From: Azolla caroliniana
Taxonomy: Eukaryota; Plantae; Polypodiophyta
Direction: 5' to 3'
Length of the DNA: 64,000 nucleotides
NCBI GenBank assembly: GCA_043228905.1
Contig: JBHGNT010000013.1
Span: 9,610,001 to 9,674,000, forward strand
The translations under genes and the position numbers were made by a program. Shown here in pieces: positions 48,308 to 61,200 of this stretch; positions within the stretch are counted from its first letter, which is position 1; every line of letters starts with the position of its first letter. Below the pieces are notes generated by a model. The model saw only the letters and a program-made list of their open reading frames with translations, had not been told where the DNA came from and made no database searches.

Positions 48308-51300
48308 TGTTGAGCGGCAAGCTCAACTGGAGCCGGATTGGCTGGATAAGCTTGAGCCGGTGAGCAACCGAGCCGGCAAGCAACAAAGCCGGTGAGCTGG
48401 GGAGCCGGTTAGCCGGATCCAATCAGTAACCGGAAGCCTAGTATTAGTTTAGACTACTAGGCAGTTATAGTCTTGTCGTAAGTGTCAGATGCTCGTGTGA
48501 GCATTAAAGTACGCGGTACTTCTGTCAGTCCCAGGAGGACTTGTATAAATAGTGCTACTGAGCACAGTTGTAAGATACAGAGAGTGTTTTATTGTTCTGA
48601 ATATAGCTTTTACGTTTTGCTCTCTCTGTCTCTCCTGTGTACTCTGTGTATTCTCTGCTTTCTCTGTTTTCTAACGCTTCCGCAAGTAATCGTTTTCATG
48701 GTATCAGAGCGAGGTTGAGAACCTCTGCAACCGACAAACGCTTGAAAGCAAACCCTAACAGGTCGTAAGAACAGCAGATAGAGAAGTGATGGATAGAGGA
48801 ATGGCTAGCTCGCTCCCTATGGAGAAACTCGACAGATCCAACTACGCATCTTGGTCGTACAAGATGCACCAGTACGTGCTTGGGCATGGCTATTGGAGCT
48901 TCGTTAAAGGAGCCAACGAAACAGCACCTGATGCGGCACATAAGGATTTCCCAGTATGGAAACAATCGGCAAGTAGAGTGATGTACTGCTTCACGTCCAG
49001 TGTCGGAGACCAGCTGCTGAGCCACATCCGAGACGCCAAGACGCCGAAGGAGGCTTGGGGAAACCTGAAGAAGGTTTTCGCCGCGAGCACTACAGCTTGG
49101 AAGCTGCAACTCCGACAGGAGTTGAGCAATGTCCGACAGAAGGACATGTCGATGGCGGATTACATGGCCCGGATCAAAGAGATCTGTGACTCGCTTGCCT
49201 CTATCAATGTTACCGTAGAGGAAGATGAGATGGTACAGGTCTGTCTTGGGGGCCTGGCGTCTAAGTTCAGAGTGTTCCGAACGGCGGTATGTACAAGGGA
49301 GAATACGCCGTCATTTTTCGACTTACAAACGATGCTCCTTGTAGAGGAGAACCACGCCGGTGCGTCAACTAGCACACCCATTGACAGTCGGATGTTGTAC
49401 ACGGAAGCGGATCGGTCCCGTGGGCGTGGTGAACGAGGCGGGTCGGCACGCAATGGAGGCAACCGACAAGACCAGGAACGTGCCGACAACAGTTCCGGAC
49501 CCTCCGGGAGCAGGGGGAGTCATGGCGGCATCGGAAGACGGCAAGAGAAGACTACAACGGAATGCTGGTACTGTCGTAAAAAGGGCCACAGAGAAAGCGA
49601 GTGCTAGAGAAAATACGCCGATTCGGACAAATCTGGATCCGACAAGTCCGGCAAGGATGGCCGGCAAAGCTCGCACTATGCGAAGGGATCGAGATGATCC
49701 AAGAACGGTAACAGGCCAGCCTTGGTGATGAAGCACGAGACGAACTTGATGAAGAAGACCACTTCCAAATCGGAGGAAGTGTAGTATGTTGACTCCGGTG
49801 CGTCGAACCACATGATGAGCCATAAAGAGTGGTTCTCCGTTTTGGAGAAACCGGATCAACCAGGAGTAGTCGAAACCGGAGACGATACTCATCACCCAAT
49901 CGTGCACGTCGGAGAAGTCCCTTTAAGCCATGTCGGACAGAAAGGGAAGCTGATGAACGTATTACACGTTCCGACAATCACGAAGAACCTGGTGTCGGTC
50001 GGACAGATCATCGACCAAGGGATGTAGGTGTAGTTTACGCACCTCAGGTGCTTCATCGAGGAAGAGGGCCAAATTATTGCGCAAGGGCGCAGAGACGGGA
50101 GGATGTTTACCCTTGACACCAATGACGTCGGCACCGCTCTATTTTCAAAAGGACAGAAGGTCGAATGAGACATCGACCTGTGGCACAAGCGGATAGGCCA
50201 CGTCAATTACCAGAGGCTTCAAGACCTGCAAGCGAAACAAGTTGTTTTTGGTTTGCCGAAGTTCAGCGGCCGGAAGGCCCAAGTATGTGAAGCCTGCCAA
50301 CTCGGGAAGCAACACCGGCTTCCATTCCCCACCGAACATAACCAGAGCCATAACAAGCTTGACCTTATCCATTCGGATGTGTGGGGACCGGCACAGAATG
50401 TTAGTCTTGGCGGGAGTCGATATTTCGTCTCCTTCATCGACAACTATACGCGGCAAACATGGATCTACCTCATTGAGTGAAGAGTGAAGTCTTCGAGTGT
50501 TTCCGGAGTCTCCAAAGCATGGTGGAACGGGAATCGGAGAGGAAGATCAAATGCCTCCGGTCGGATGGTGGAAAAGAATACTTTTCCGGCCACTTCAACA
50601 ATTATCTGCAGCAAAAGGGAATTCGGCGAGAGTCCAGCTGTAGATACACACCGCAACAGAACGGTGTTGCCGAAAGGAAGAACCGGTTGCTCATTGATGC
50701 GGCAAGGGAAATGCTAGAGGAGAAGAGCATGCCCAAATTCTACTGGGCGGAGGCAGTCCAAACGGCTGTCTACATCCAGAACCGGATCGGTGACAAGGTG
50801 TCAGCTCACGAGCTGTATTTCGAGCGGAAGCCGAATTTGAGACACCTTAAGATCTTCGGTAACATTGCATACGTGCATGTACCGGATGAGAAGTGGAGGA
50901 AGCTGGATGCAAAATCGGAAAAATGCATCCTAATCGGCTATGCTCAAGAGCAAAAGGGTTATAAGTGTTATAACCCCTGGACAAAGCAAGTCCGAGTTAG
51001 TCGAGATGTCGATTTCGATGAATCGACATCGTGGTACTCCTTACCGACTCCGACTTCCGAATCCGACCCGATGCCGGAGGATGATGCCAGTGAGCCTGAA
51101 CCGGCCCAAGTAGATGATGAGGAAGCGTGGACTCAGGATGAGAGTCCGGAATCGTTTTGGTTGAGCAGGCCGAACGAGAGACTGAGTCAATCTGACCAGT
51201 TCGATGAGGAACCGGCGGGTAGTGGAGACTCCTCCGTGCACTCCCCGCGCAAGGAACCAAGGAGACGGTTCACGCTCAAAGAGAAGGGGAAGAAGAAGAT

Positions 51301-54041
51301 GCCAGAATTCGAAACTAGCAACGATGAGTCGGATCGGTGTGCATCCGACTCCGGCAAGGAGAAAGGCGGATCTTCGGCAACGAAGACCGAACCAGCCAAG
51401 AAGGGCCTCAAACCGGGTAACGGTGAGTTACGTCGGTCCACCCGCCAAAAGGATCCCGTCAAGCGGTACGGGTACAATGAGTACATGGCGCATCACTATG
51501 CGTACATGACTAAGGTGGTGGAAGTGCGTGAGCTGGAGAGCTACGTAGAAGCGGCAAAGGATGCAAATTGGCGTACCACTATGGAGGAAGAAATGTGGGC
51601 ACTTGATGTCAACGAGACATGGGACCTAGTTGACCCTCCCCGTCACTATAAACCGATTGGATGCAAGTGGGTGTACAAGGTAAAGTACAACGCCGACGGT
51701 TCAGTTAACCAGTACAAGGCCCGGTTAGTGGCGAAGGGATACGCGTAGACCCACAGAATCAACTATGACGAGATCTTCGCTCTGGTAGCGAAGATGACGA
51801 CGGTTCGTGTGGTGTTGGCGGTTGCTGCAGCAAGGGGGTGGCATCTTCACCAGATGGATGTGAAGAATGCGTTTCTTCAGGGTGATCTTGAAGAAGAAGT
51901 CTTTATGACTCAACCCCGTGGTTTTCAATCGGAGATGAACAAGTTGGCGGTATGTTGGCTGAAGAAGTCGTTGTACGGCCTGAAGCAAGCCCCTCGAGCT
52001 TGGAATGCAAAGATCATGCACCAGTTGCGTAAGATGGGGTTTGCGGCCTCCAAGTCCGACTCTTCGTTGTTCACCTGGCAAGGCTCAGCCAGTCCGATAT
52101 GTATCCTGCTGTATGTTGATGATTTAGTCATCCCCGGACCGGGTCTTCCAGAAGTCAACCGCGTCAAGTCCTAGTTGTCGAACACATTTGAGATGAAGGA
52201 CCTGGGAGACCTTCATTATTTTCTTGGGATCGAGGTGATCCGAACCCCTGATGACATATTACTCTCACAACGACATTACGTCTTGCATATGTTGTACAAG
52301 TTTGGCATTACAGAATGCCGACCTGTCTCCACACCCTTGGACCGGAACCAGAAACTTCGTCCCAACTCCGGACCGGCCTGCAACGACAAACGGTTTCGAC
52401 AAATTGTCAGAAGCCGTATTTACTTGACTATCACATGACCTGACATCAACTATCCGGATGGAATGATAAGTCAGTTCATGCAAAAGCCGACCATGGAGCA
52501 CCTTGAGTGCACACAACGGATACTGCAATATGTAAGCGGCACGAAGGACAGGGGACTATTATACCAACGAGGTATAACCGTAGAGGTAGTTGGTTACACG
52601 GATGCCGACTGGGCCGACAATGCGTCGGATTGCAGATCCACTTCTGGTTTTATGTTTTCCCTTGGGAGTGCAGCTGTTGCGTGGAGCAGCAAAAAGCAGC
52701 CAACAGTGGCTCTATCAAGCACTGAGGCTAAGTACCGGGGCGCAACATTTGCTACCTGTGAAGCCATTTGGCTTCGGTGACTGCTGCGAGACTTGCGGAT
52801 CGAGGTACCGACCCCGATCCCGATTTATTGTGATAACATCAGCAACATGCAGCTCGCCAAGAACCCTGTGTTCCATGCTCGCACAAAGCACATAGAAGTG
52901 CATTATCACTTTGCACGTGAGCGGGTCCTGAGCGGTGAAGTTGAACTATGGTATGTTCACACGGATCGACAAGTTGCCGATATCTTCACCAAGCCGCTCG
53001 GAACAGACAAGTTGCACCACTTTACCGACATGCTTGGTGTTCAGCATCTCGACGTGCCCCACTTGAGGGGGAGACGTAGGGGCAAAGACACCGCTGGAAC
53101 GGGCAAAGGCAAAGAGACTGTTGCCGACACCGGTAAGGGAAGAACCGGAAGAGGAGGAGACAAGGAGGCTGAAGAAGCCGAGGATGGAAGCAAGGCCAAG
53201 ACCCGGACGTGGTCTCATGTGGTGAAGGGCCTTAAACGGAAACACGAGTCGGAGGAAACCGACTCGGACAAGAGTTGGAACGAATCGGGGACAGCCGATT
53301 CGGACCAATAGACGGATCCAGATGAACCGAATCAACTGGAGGCCAAGTAGACACGGATGTAGCGAAAGTCGATGTCATCACGGAGGAACCGACGGATCGG
53401 CGAGAGTCGGAGTCATAGCAGCGAAGGAGCTGAGAGGGGCCTATTGAGCAAACATGTCGACCGTGAAGGTCGAGGCGCGCAGAACCAAAAAGGTCGTGGC
53501 AAACAAAACCGGACCGAACAAGGAGTGCGAGCAAGGCGGTGCGACGCCAGGAGAAGTCTGTTAGAAGAATCGATTGCCATAGAGGCTGACACTAGGATCC
53601 AACCTCAAGTTGAGCTTGAGGGGGAGTGTTGAGTGGCAAGTTCAACTGGAGCCAGATCGGTTGGATAAGCCTGAGCCAGTGAGCGAGACAGATCGGTAAG
53701 CGGTGAGCAACCGAACCGGCAAGCAATAGAGCCGGTGAGCTGGGGAGCCGGTTAGCCGGATCCAATCGGTAACCGGAAGCCTAGTATTAGTTTGGACTAC
53801 TAGGCAATTATAGTCTCGTAGTAAGTGTCAGATGCTCGTGTGAGCATTAAAGTACGCGGTACTTCTATCAGTCCCAGGAGGACTTGTATAAATAGTGCTA
53901 TTGAGCACAGTTGTAAGATACAGAGAGTGTTTTATTGTTTTGAATATAGCTTTTACGTTTTGCTCTCTCTGTCTCTCCCGTGTACTCTGTGTATTCTCTG
54001 CTTTCTCTGTTTTCTAACGCTTCCACAAGTAATCGTTTTCA
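48308..54041 (+). mobile_element. Full-length but mutated Ty1/copia element
   Basis: LTRs 48308-48698 and 53627-54041, GCGAC TSD, PBS tggtatcagagc at 48699, PPT ttgagggggag. Gag, IN (LRSDGGKEY), RT (QMDVKNAFL, YVDDL) and RNase H (YTDADWA, CDN, KHIEVHYHF) all carry in-frame stops. Confidence 0.95.
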
Positions 54042-56649
54042 GCGACAACACTAGTTTCACTCTCCTCGTCATAACACCAACTGACACTCCCATCTCCTAA
54101 CCTACCCCAATCAAAGAAGTCAACACAGTCCTGCTCCAACAAATATTAAATTTAAAATTACGACTCACATTACGCAAAGTACAAAGCTACACCGGCACCT
54201 TTGTGACTGACAACCCGCAACGACAACTTATACTCGCCATGGAAATAGATTTCACACTTGAAGAGCTGCTCAAACTCGACATCCAACCATGGCACGACGT
54301 CCTTCGGCGCCTCAATGGAGACCTGTCAGCTGGTTATGGAGAAAAGATACACACACTCATCCCTCATACAACCACAGTCTCCAACCAACCCGAAGGAACT
54401 CTGGTCGATATATGTGAAGCTCACTTCGAGAGCGACAACACTAGTTTCACTCTCCCCGTCTGCGTCAACGGCACGACGTGTAAGTGGGGGAGCCCAAAAA
54501 TGCTTCCTTTGGAAATCAAACTCCGAATGGCAGATGGGTTTATCCAACAGCCAGAAGGCATGATCCCTACATACCACTTCACTATCCACGGGGTCGAGTT
54601 CAATCTCACCTTCGTCGTCACAAGATCATCCAATCATGTGGCTTACGAGTGTTTACTAGGGAGACCATTCCTACCTGTAAGCCACCTCGTCATGGATTTT
54701 GGGAATGATACAATCTATATGCACGCAAAAACAACAAAACCTTCCACATCAAAGCATACACACAAAAGGTGCACGAACAAGAAGGCAACCCTCTCGTGAA
54801 TGACTGGTCCGAAACCACCGAGTTCGAGACCAACCTCCTAGCATGTAACCCTACAAAGACAATCCAAATCTTGGCTAGCGGTCAGCTGTTTCGACAAAAA
54901 TCCACTAATCCTAAGGCGGAGAACGCAGGAGAAAGAGAAGACCAATCCGTAGCCTCCGATGAGTCAGAGATGAATTGGGTGCACGCCCTCGCCACGACCG
55001 ATGCAATGTACCCTATTGGTACAAACTGTCGCGATGAGGATGGAGACACAATCTCGTGTTTTAATGTCACCACTCTCGTACCCCGAAGAAAACAGGCAGA
55101 CGTAAGAGACGCAGGCCTAGTGCAAAGAATCATGCGCCAAGAAGAGGATGCGACCACTTGGCAGACCTCGACAGAGGTGGACTTCCTAGAACAATTCAAA
55201 CTCTATGAACAAGGGAGTAGGGTGGTGGCTTGTAAGAGACCACAACGCACCTCTAATGACGTGGCGATGCACCTACCATGCTTCGCCGACAACGTACCTT
55301 TAACACCGGTGATCGACACTAGAGCATCACTAACCCTTTTCTCCTTCGAAACATGGGAACATCTAGGTTCCCCAAACCTCGAAGTATGCAACAACAAATT
55401 CCTTGGCTTCGATGGTTCTACATCGTTCTGCCTCGGAACCTTCGTGTGTAACATCAAGACAAAATGCAGTGACCACTCAATTCGAGTTCAGGTCCTCCCA
55501 TCGAAAGTGTTGTACACCCCATGCCTCCTCGGTTTGGATTGGTGTCACATAAGTGAATGTCTCCTGTTGCCAAGCAAGAACATCGTCTCCTTCCAAACTA
55601 CAAATGGTGTGAGGTCCGAGAAACTCATTACAACAACTCTCGAATCACGCCCCACCGAGGTCGACAAATTCCAGAGCGTGAAACCACCCAACCAAAAAGA
55701 ACACGCACAACCACTGGCCACCCAAGGCCAACGAAACGCTAACATCGGAACAAAGACATCTGCGCCATGCAAATGGGTGAACGTCCACACGACTTTCGCC
55801 GAAGGACCACGCCGCGGAGAACGTGCTATTTGGCAAGTCAGAAAAGCACTCACCAACGCCCAAGGTTGGCACACAGGTGCCACTAGCTTCTAGGTCCTGA
55901 AACGAAGCCGGCTTCCCACCTACGACTATACCACGATTGCACGGGACACCCAACAACTGCGCACATCGACCAAATACCCCGCCCAGGTTATCGCCATAGG
56001 CCCCAACTGGACTCAGCAACTAATAGGCCGAATCCCCAAAGAACTATCTCCCAGACCTCCCCTTCCCCCCCCTAAAAAGACGTCACGGGTCTGGGTCCTT
56101 AAAAACACGCAAAGGCCCTCTAACAACACTCGAACAACACACTCCCCCACCCTCACCATGCCTTATGTCACTTCGTGCGTCAACTACTCGACCCGTCTTC
56201 TCCCCCAACCTCTGCTACCATCCCCATTAGACAATAATTTATTTAATTCATTACTAAAAACTCAACATAAAAACATAAATAAATAATAATATTAATAAGT
56301 TACAATAAACATAAAAATAAAATAAATAAATAATTTCAGTGCAATTTTTTCTTTTTTCTATACATCCATTAGTATTTATCATTTATTTTATTTATAATGT
56401 TTACCTTTTATTTTTAGTGGCCCCTTGAACAGTTATTTATACTCGTTTTCTATCTAATTTTTATCTTTTTAAGATTATTTTTCACAGCTACTTTTAGTGG
56501 CGGCTGCGACAACTACAACGTCGTTTATACTGTCCTCTTGTTGTTGACGGTCGCTTCGAGCCGCTTCACTCGCGGCCTCGTTTCGTTCCCCCACAGTCCT
56601 CTCTTCGAATCACCCCCGGATTCGACGAGCGAATCGTTTCCCTCCCCAG

Positions 56650-58240
56650 TTCCAAGAGCAACACTCTTGGAACCCCTCACCCACTATTCGAACCACACGC
56701 CCCCGGTTCGACGAGAAACACTCGTCGAACCTCTCACCGACGGTTCGAAGAGAAACACTCTTCGAACCCCTCACCCCCGGTTCGAAGACAAACACTCTTC
56801 GAACCACGCGCCCCCGGTTTGAAGAGAAATACTCTTTTTCCATAAAAAATATGCTCCATTGGTATTAAAATTAACAATGCCAAAGGCAATGTACAAATTG
56901 TACATAATAGTTTCCACTCCATAAGTATATATCGTAAAAAAAGGGACCAAATAATGATGGCATTTGTTATGGCCTCTAAAAACATCATGTTGCAGCCAAC
57001 ATTGGCTGAATGTGATTCCACATATACTAAAGCTCTTTAGTATACCCATATTCAACCTATAAACAAATTCCTGCGGTCCAAGTGAATACATATCTTGGTG
57101 GTAATCATGGCTAGTAGTCTAAAAAATCCATGTTTGCATTTGGTTCTGCATGTACTAAAGTTGTTCACCATCACCTGGTTGTCCAATAGTTGTTCCCGTT
57201 CCTTGGCCTTTAATTTTCCCTTGTGAATGTCCTTTTGTACCACTTAGGTAATACAAAACTGCTCTCTCCAATCAAGCCAATGAGGTAATCTACTACTTCT
57301 TGGCCGTAGTCTTCTTCAAGCTGACTTTCCAAGCTCATAAATCTGTCCAAACTCTTGTATCTTTATCTGTCTTTTCCCATGCAAGATTGAACCTTCCTCG
57401 GCTGTTGCCGTTGAAAACACAACACCAAAACAGTCCCCACTCGTGATGATTGGCTTCGACCCTCCCCACCATCTTCACTCATCCTCACCACAAATATTTC
57501 TTCCTTTAGTCGACATCAGCCATCTCACCGATTAACCTGGTTCCAATGTCCACGCATATCCTGTATAATCAACAAAAACTTAGGTTAAAACATGTCCTCA
57601 CCCACTCCTACACATTGGCTTCGACCCTCCCCACCATCTTCACTCATCCTTAACACAATAATGCTTCATTCAGTCGACATCAGCCATCTCACCAAATACC
57701 ACGGTGGCAATGTCCACGCATATCCTGTATTGATCAACACAAAATTAATGTAAACATTTCCTCACCCACTCGTTATAGTCGGCTTCACCCTCCCCACCAT
57801 CTTCACTCATCCTTAACACAGAAATTCTTCATACAGTCGACATCCTTAACACAGAAATACTCTTCGAACCCCTCACCCCCGGTTCGAAGAGAGACACTCT
57901 TCGAACCACGTGCCCCCGGTTCGAAGAGATGCACTCTCCAAACCCCTCACCCCCTGTTCGAAGAGAGACACTCTTCGAATCACATGCCCCCGGTTCAAAG
58001 AGAAGTTCTATTCGAGCCCTCTAACCCTGGTTCGAGGATACTAACTCCTCGAACCCCTCTCAACAGGTTCGAAGAGAGGTTCTCTTCGAAACCCCTCCTC
58101 CTCCAACCCCTCACCGGTTCAAGGGGACTAACTCCTTGAACCCCTCCCACCGGTTCGAGGAGAGGTTCTCTTCAAAGCCTTACTCCTCGAACCCCCTACC
58201 CCTAGTTCGAGGAGACTTACCCCTCGAACCCCCCCACCAG
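56650..58240. repeat. Two blocks (56650-56835, 57855-58240) of ~35-bp repeats cgaagaga.acactcttcgaacc...ccggtt, plus duplicated segments at 57452-57850
   Basis: Recurrent ttcgaagaga...tctcttcgaa inverted motif. Parent element not identified. Confidence 0.65.
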
Positions 58241-58244
58241 TTTG

Positions 58245-61200
58245 TGTTACCGGCCGGCAAGGAGTCCAAAATATGGAGTGAAGGAATTAATTAGATATGG
58301 TTGTAAATGAGCATAGTGTGGACGGACGGACTGGAAACGGTATGCCGTTCCAGATCCGGACGGATCCCGAATAGGTGCGAGAGGCACCGTTTTGTACTAC
58401 GGGCCGGAAACCTATTTAAAGGCCCGGACCCCATTGTAATGACAGCGGATAATTAATAAAGCTTATGATGTTTATACTTCTGTGTTGATTTCCGTTCTGT
58501 AATTACTGTTGTATCTTACGCGTGTAATTAACCGAAGCATTCTAATCGTGTAACCTATGTAAGTCGGTGTAATCGTTGAATCTTAATCCTATGCCGTAAT
58601 CACCCTTTGGTGAAGTGTCTCCGTGACACCTTGTGTTAGGCCTTGTCCGGCTAGAGAACAACACCTTTTGGCGACCACAACGGCGGACCCCCTTTGATGA
58701 AGAAGTCCAAGAAGAGAACGTGGCAACATGATGTGCGAGAAATGACAGAAACATGCAAATGACGGCGACGATGTTCAATGTATGTGCAAGCGAAGAAATG
58801 GAAACGATGACGTTTGTGTACGAGTGCAAGAAATGATGATGCGATGGAGGAATGCATGAATGGCAACAATGGTTGTGCGAGGTTGCGATTAGTGTCAATG
58901 TGCGGGTTTCCGATGCGGTTAGCGACAATGTGCGTGTTTTTGAAAGCGTGGTGCAAGATGCACGGCTGTACAAACTGCGATGCCGTGGGAACCGGTGCCA
59001 GCACGACCGGAACGAGAAGCCCACCAGGAGACTGCGGAGAAAGTCGCAGTGTGTGGAGCGGAGACCGGCAGGATGTGCTGAGAATGCACGAGAGGTGGTT
59101 CTAAAAGAAGCAACACAGAGAGAGTCGGAACCGGAATCGGAACCAGAACCGGAGCCGGTTAACACCGAAGGGCCGAAGAAGACGGAGGAGATGCAGATGC
59201 AAACCAAACATCAACCAATAGCGCTGGAAATATACGGACGGATGCACTAGACAAAGATGGCCAAAATTAGACAACGGAAGGGCCAGAAAAGTGGCGGCCA
59301 CCAGACAGGCCGACAGAGATGACGACGGCCGGCCGACGGAGAAGACCACAGAACCCGACGAAGCGAGCGACCGGTATGGCGGCCAGAATGCGGGACAAAT
59401 GGCCGAAACGACGACGACGCTATACGGCAGAGGCCGGACAGTGGCGGCGAATGGCAACCCGAAACCCTACACAACAGTCAAAGAGTGGCCGAAGAGCAGC
59501 GGCCAGATTGTGTGCAGAGCGGCCAAGCGACGGACGAGGTTGGATTATGACGAACCGGCAGAGACAACAACAGAAATGGAAACGGGGCTGGATGGAAAGG
59601 CGCCGGACAAGACCGGACAACTCGAGTGAAGGACGAATGGCGACAGAAACATGACCGAACGGAGAACGGTGATGAAGACGGAAGATGACGGAACGGTTGC
59701 AGAGATGGAGAGACAACCAGAGTGGTAACGGTCGGCACGGTGACCAAGCAATGACCAGAATGGACCGGAATACAACGGACAACGGCCAAACAGAGGCCAA
59801 ACAGAGGGAGCCGTACAATCGATGGATGAACAACAGACGGGAAAACAGACAATGACGAAGACATTGATCAGCAATAGAGATGTAGACAAGGCGGGCGACG
59901 ATTGAGCGGCGACGTAACCAGATGGTCAAGGGACGGAGAGAACCGGAGCGGCGTCCGGACAACAACGACAGTCGAACGACATCTGGATGGCAACCGAATA
60001 AAGTGGCCGGAGCAGCCTAAGTGTTGGCGGCCAGACAACCGATGGTCGTAAAGAATAGAGATAGCTGGACAAAGATGGCAGACCATAGAATGGCCGGACA
60101 GGGCCGACAGAGACGGCAATGACGCCAAACAATGGCAGAACAGGAACGGAAAGCGGCGGCTGGACAGCCACGTCCGAGCATCGGAGGACACCGATGGCAA
60201 CGGCGACGGACCCAGAGACGGAAACAGAAAAAAAAAACAGAGACCGAGACGGAGATGAACAGAGAAGGCCGTACAAACACACAACGACACACAAAAGCAG
60301 AGCGTGACAGCCACGGACAATGGACATAGCATAGCGGTGGTGAAAGAAGGAAGAAAAACGAGAAGAGAGGATGAAGATAAAAAGAAGAGAAAGATGAAAC
60401 AGAATTAGAAAAGAAGAAGAAGAAACAGACAACGATAAGAGAGAGAAAACGCAAACAGAAAACAAGAATAAGAAGAAACAAGAGAGGAAGAAGAAAAAGC
60501 AAGAAAGAAAACACAAAAAGAGAGGGGGGGGGGCATGTAACAAATATTGAAACCCTGAGGGTACTGAATGAAATTGTCAAAATTCGAGGGTATGTAATAA
60601 AAATTTTAAAACTTGAGGGCACCGACGAAATTGTAAAAACTCATCCACCTAAAGAAATGGACGTGATCGACCACGGCAACTCACAAAATCAACAAAAGGA
60701 AGTTACACATACACACAACATTTTTGGACCCATGACGAAGTTCGTAAGTCGACAGAATGAGAATGTTCGTGTCGCGGAAGATTTGCTGACCAACAAAGAT
60801 GGTCGAGTCAAGCACTCCGATCGAGGGAGTCGATCGTTGAAAGGATCGATGGAAGTTCCGGTCGAAGAAATATCATCATCAAGGCATGTGGGATCGATGT
60901 GCAAGGCACTTTCCCACGGGCATGCCATATTGTGTTACCCCGTACGAGATGTACGGAGAGTCAATGTGATGAGCGAGGGTCAAATGTTATCATGATGATT
61001 GTTGTGTGTGTGTAGAGGGCATAAATGTAATTGTGAGTCTATACATATGTGAACACATGCACACGTGTGTGCATGTGGATAGATACGAGGAGGTGTGAGT
61101 GAGTGTCCAGTATGAATGCTCGAGGGGGCTTACACCCCTATGTATCTACCCCCTCTTGTACTATTTAACCCCTTATGGGGAATGAATGATGAAGGAATCA

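Larger units (their letters stand above)
34900..56230 (+). mobile_element. Old Ty3/gypsy-like element split by nested insertions (LTR ending ~45341, PBS ~45348, gag remnant, two protease-like remnants; no RT seen)
   Basis: PBS-like tggcgccgctgacggg. Gag remnant DAYDHVERF...GLTLDDQAGIWF...LKQEENETV. Protease-like LRMADG...LLGRPFL and VIDTRASLTL...LLGLDW. Outer boundaries are approximate. Confidence 0.55.
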
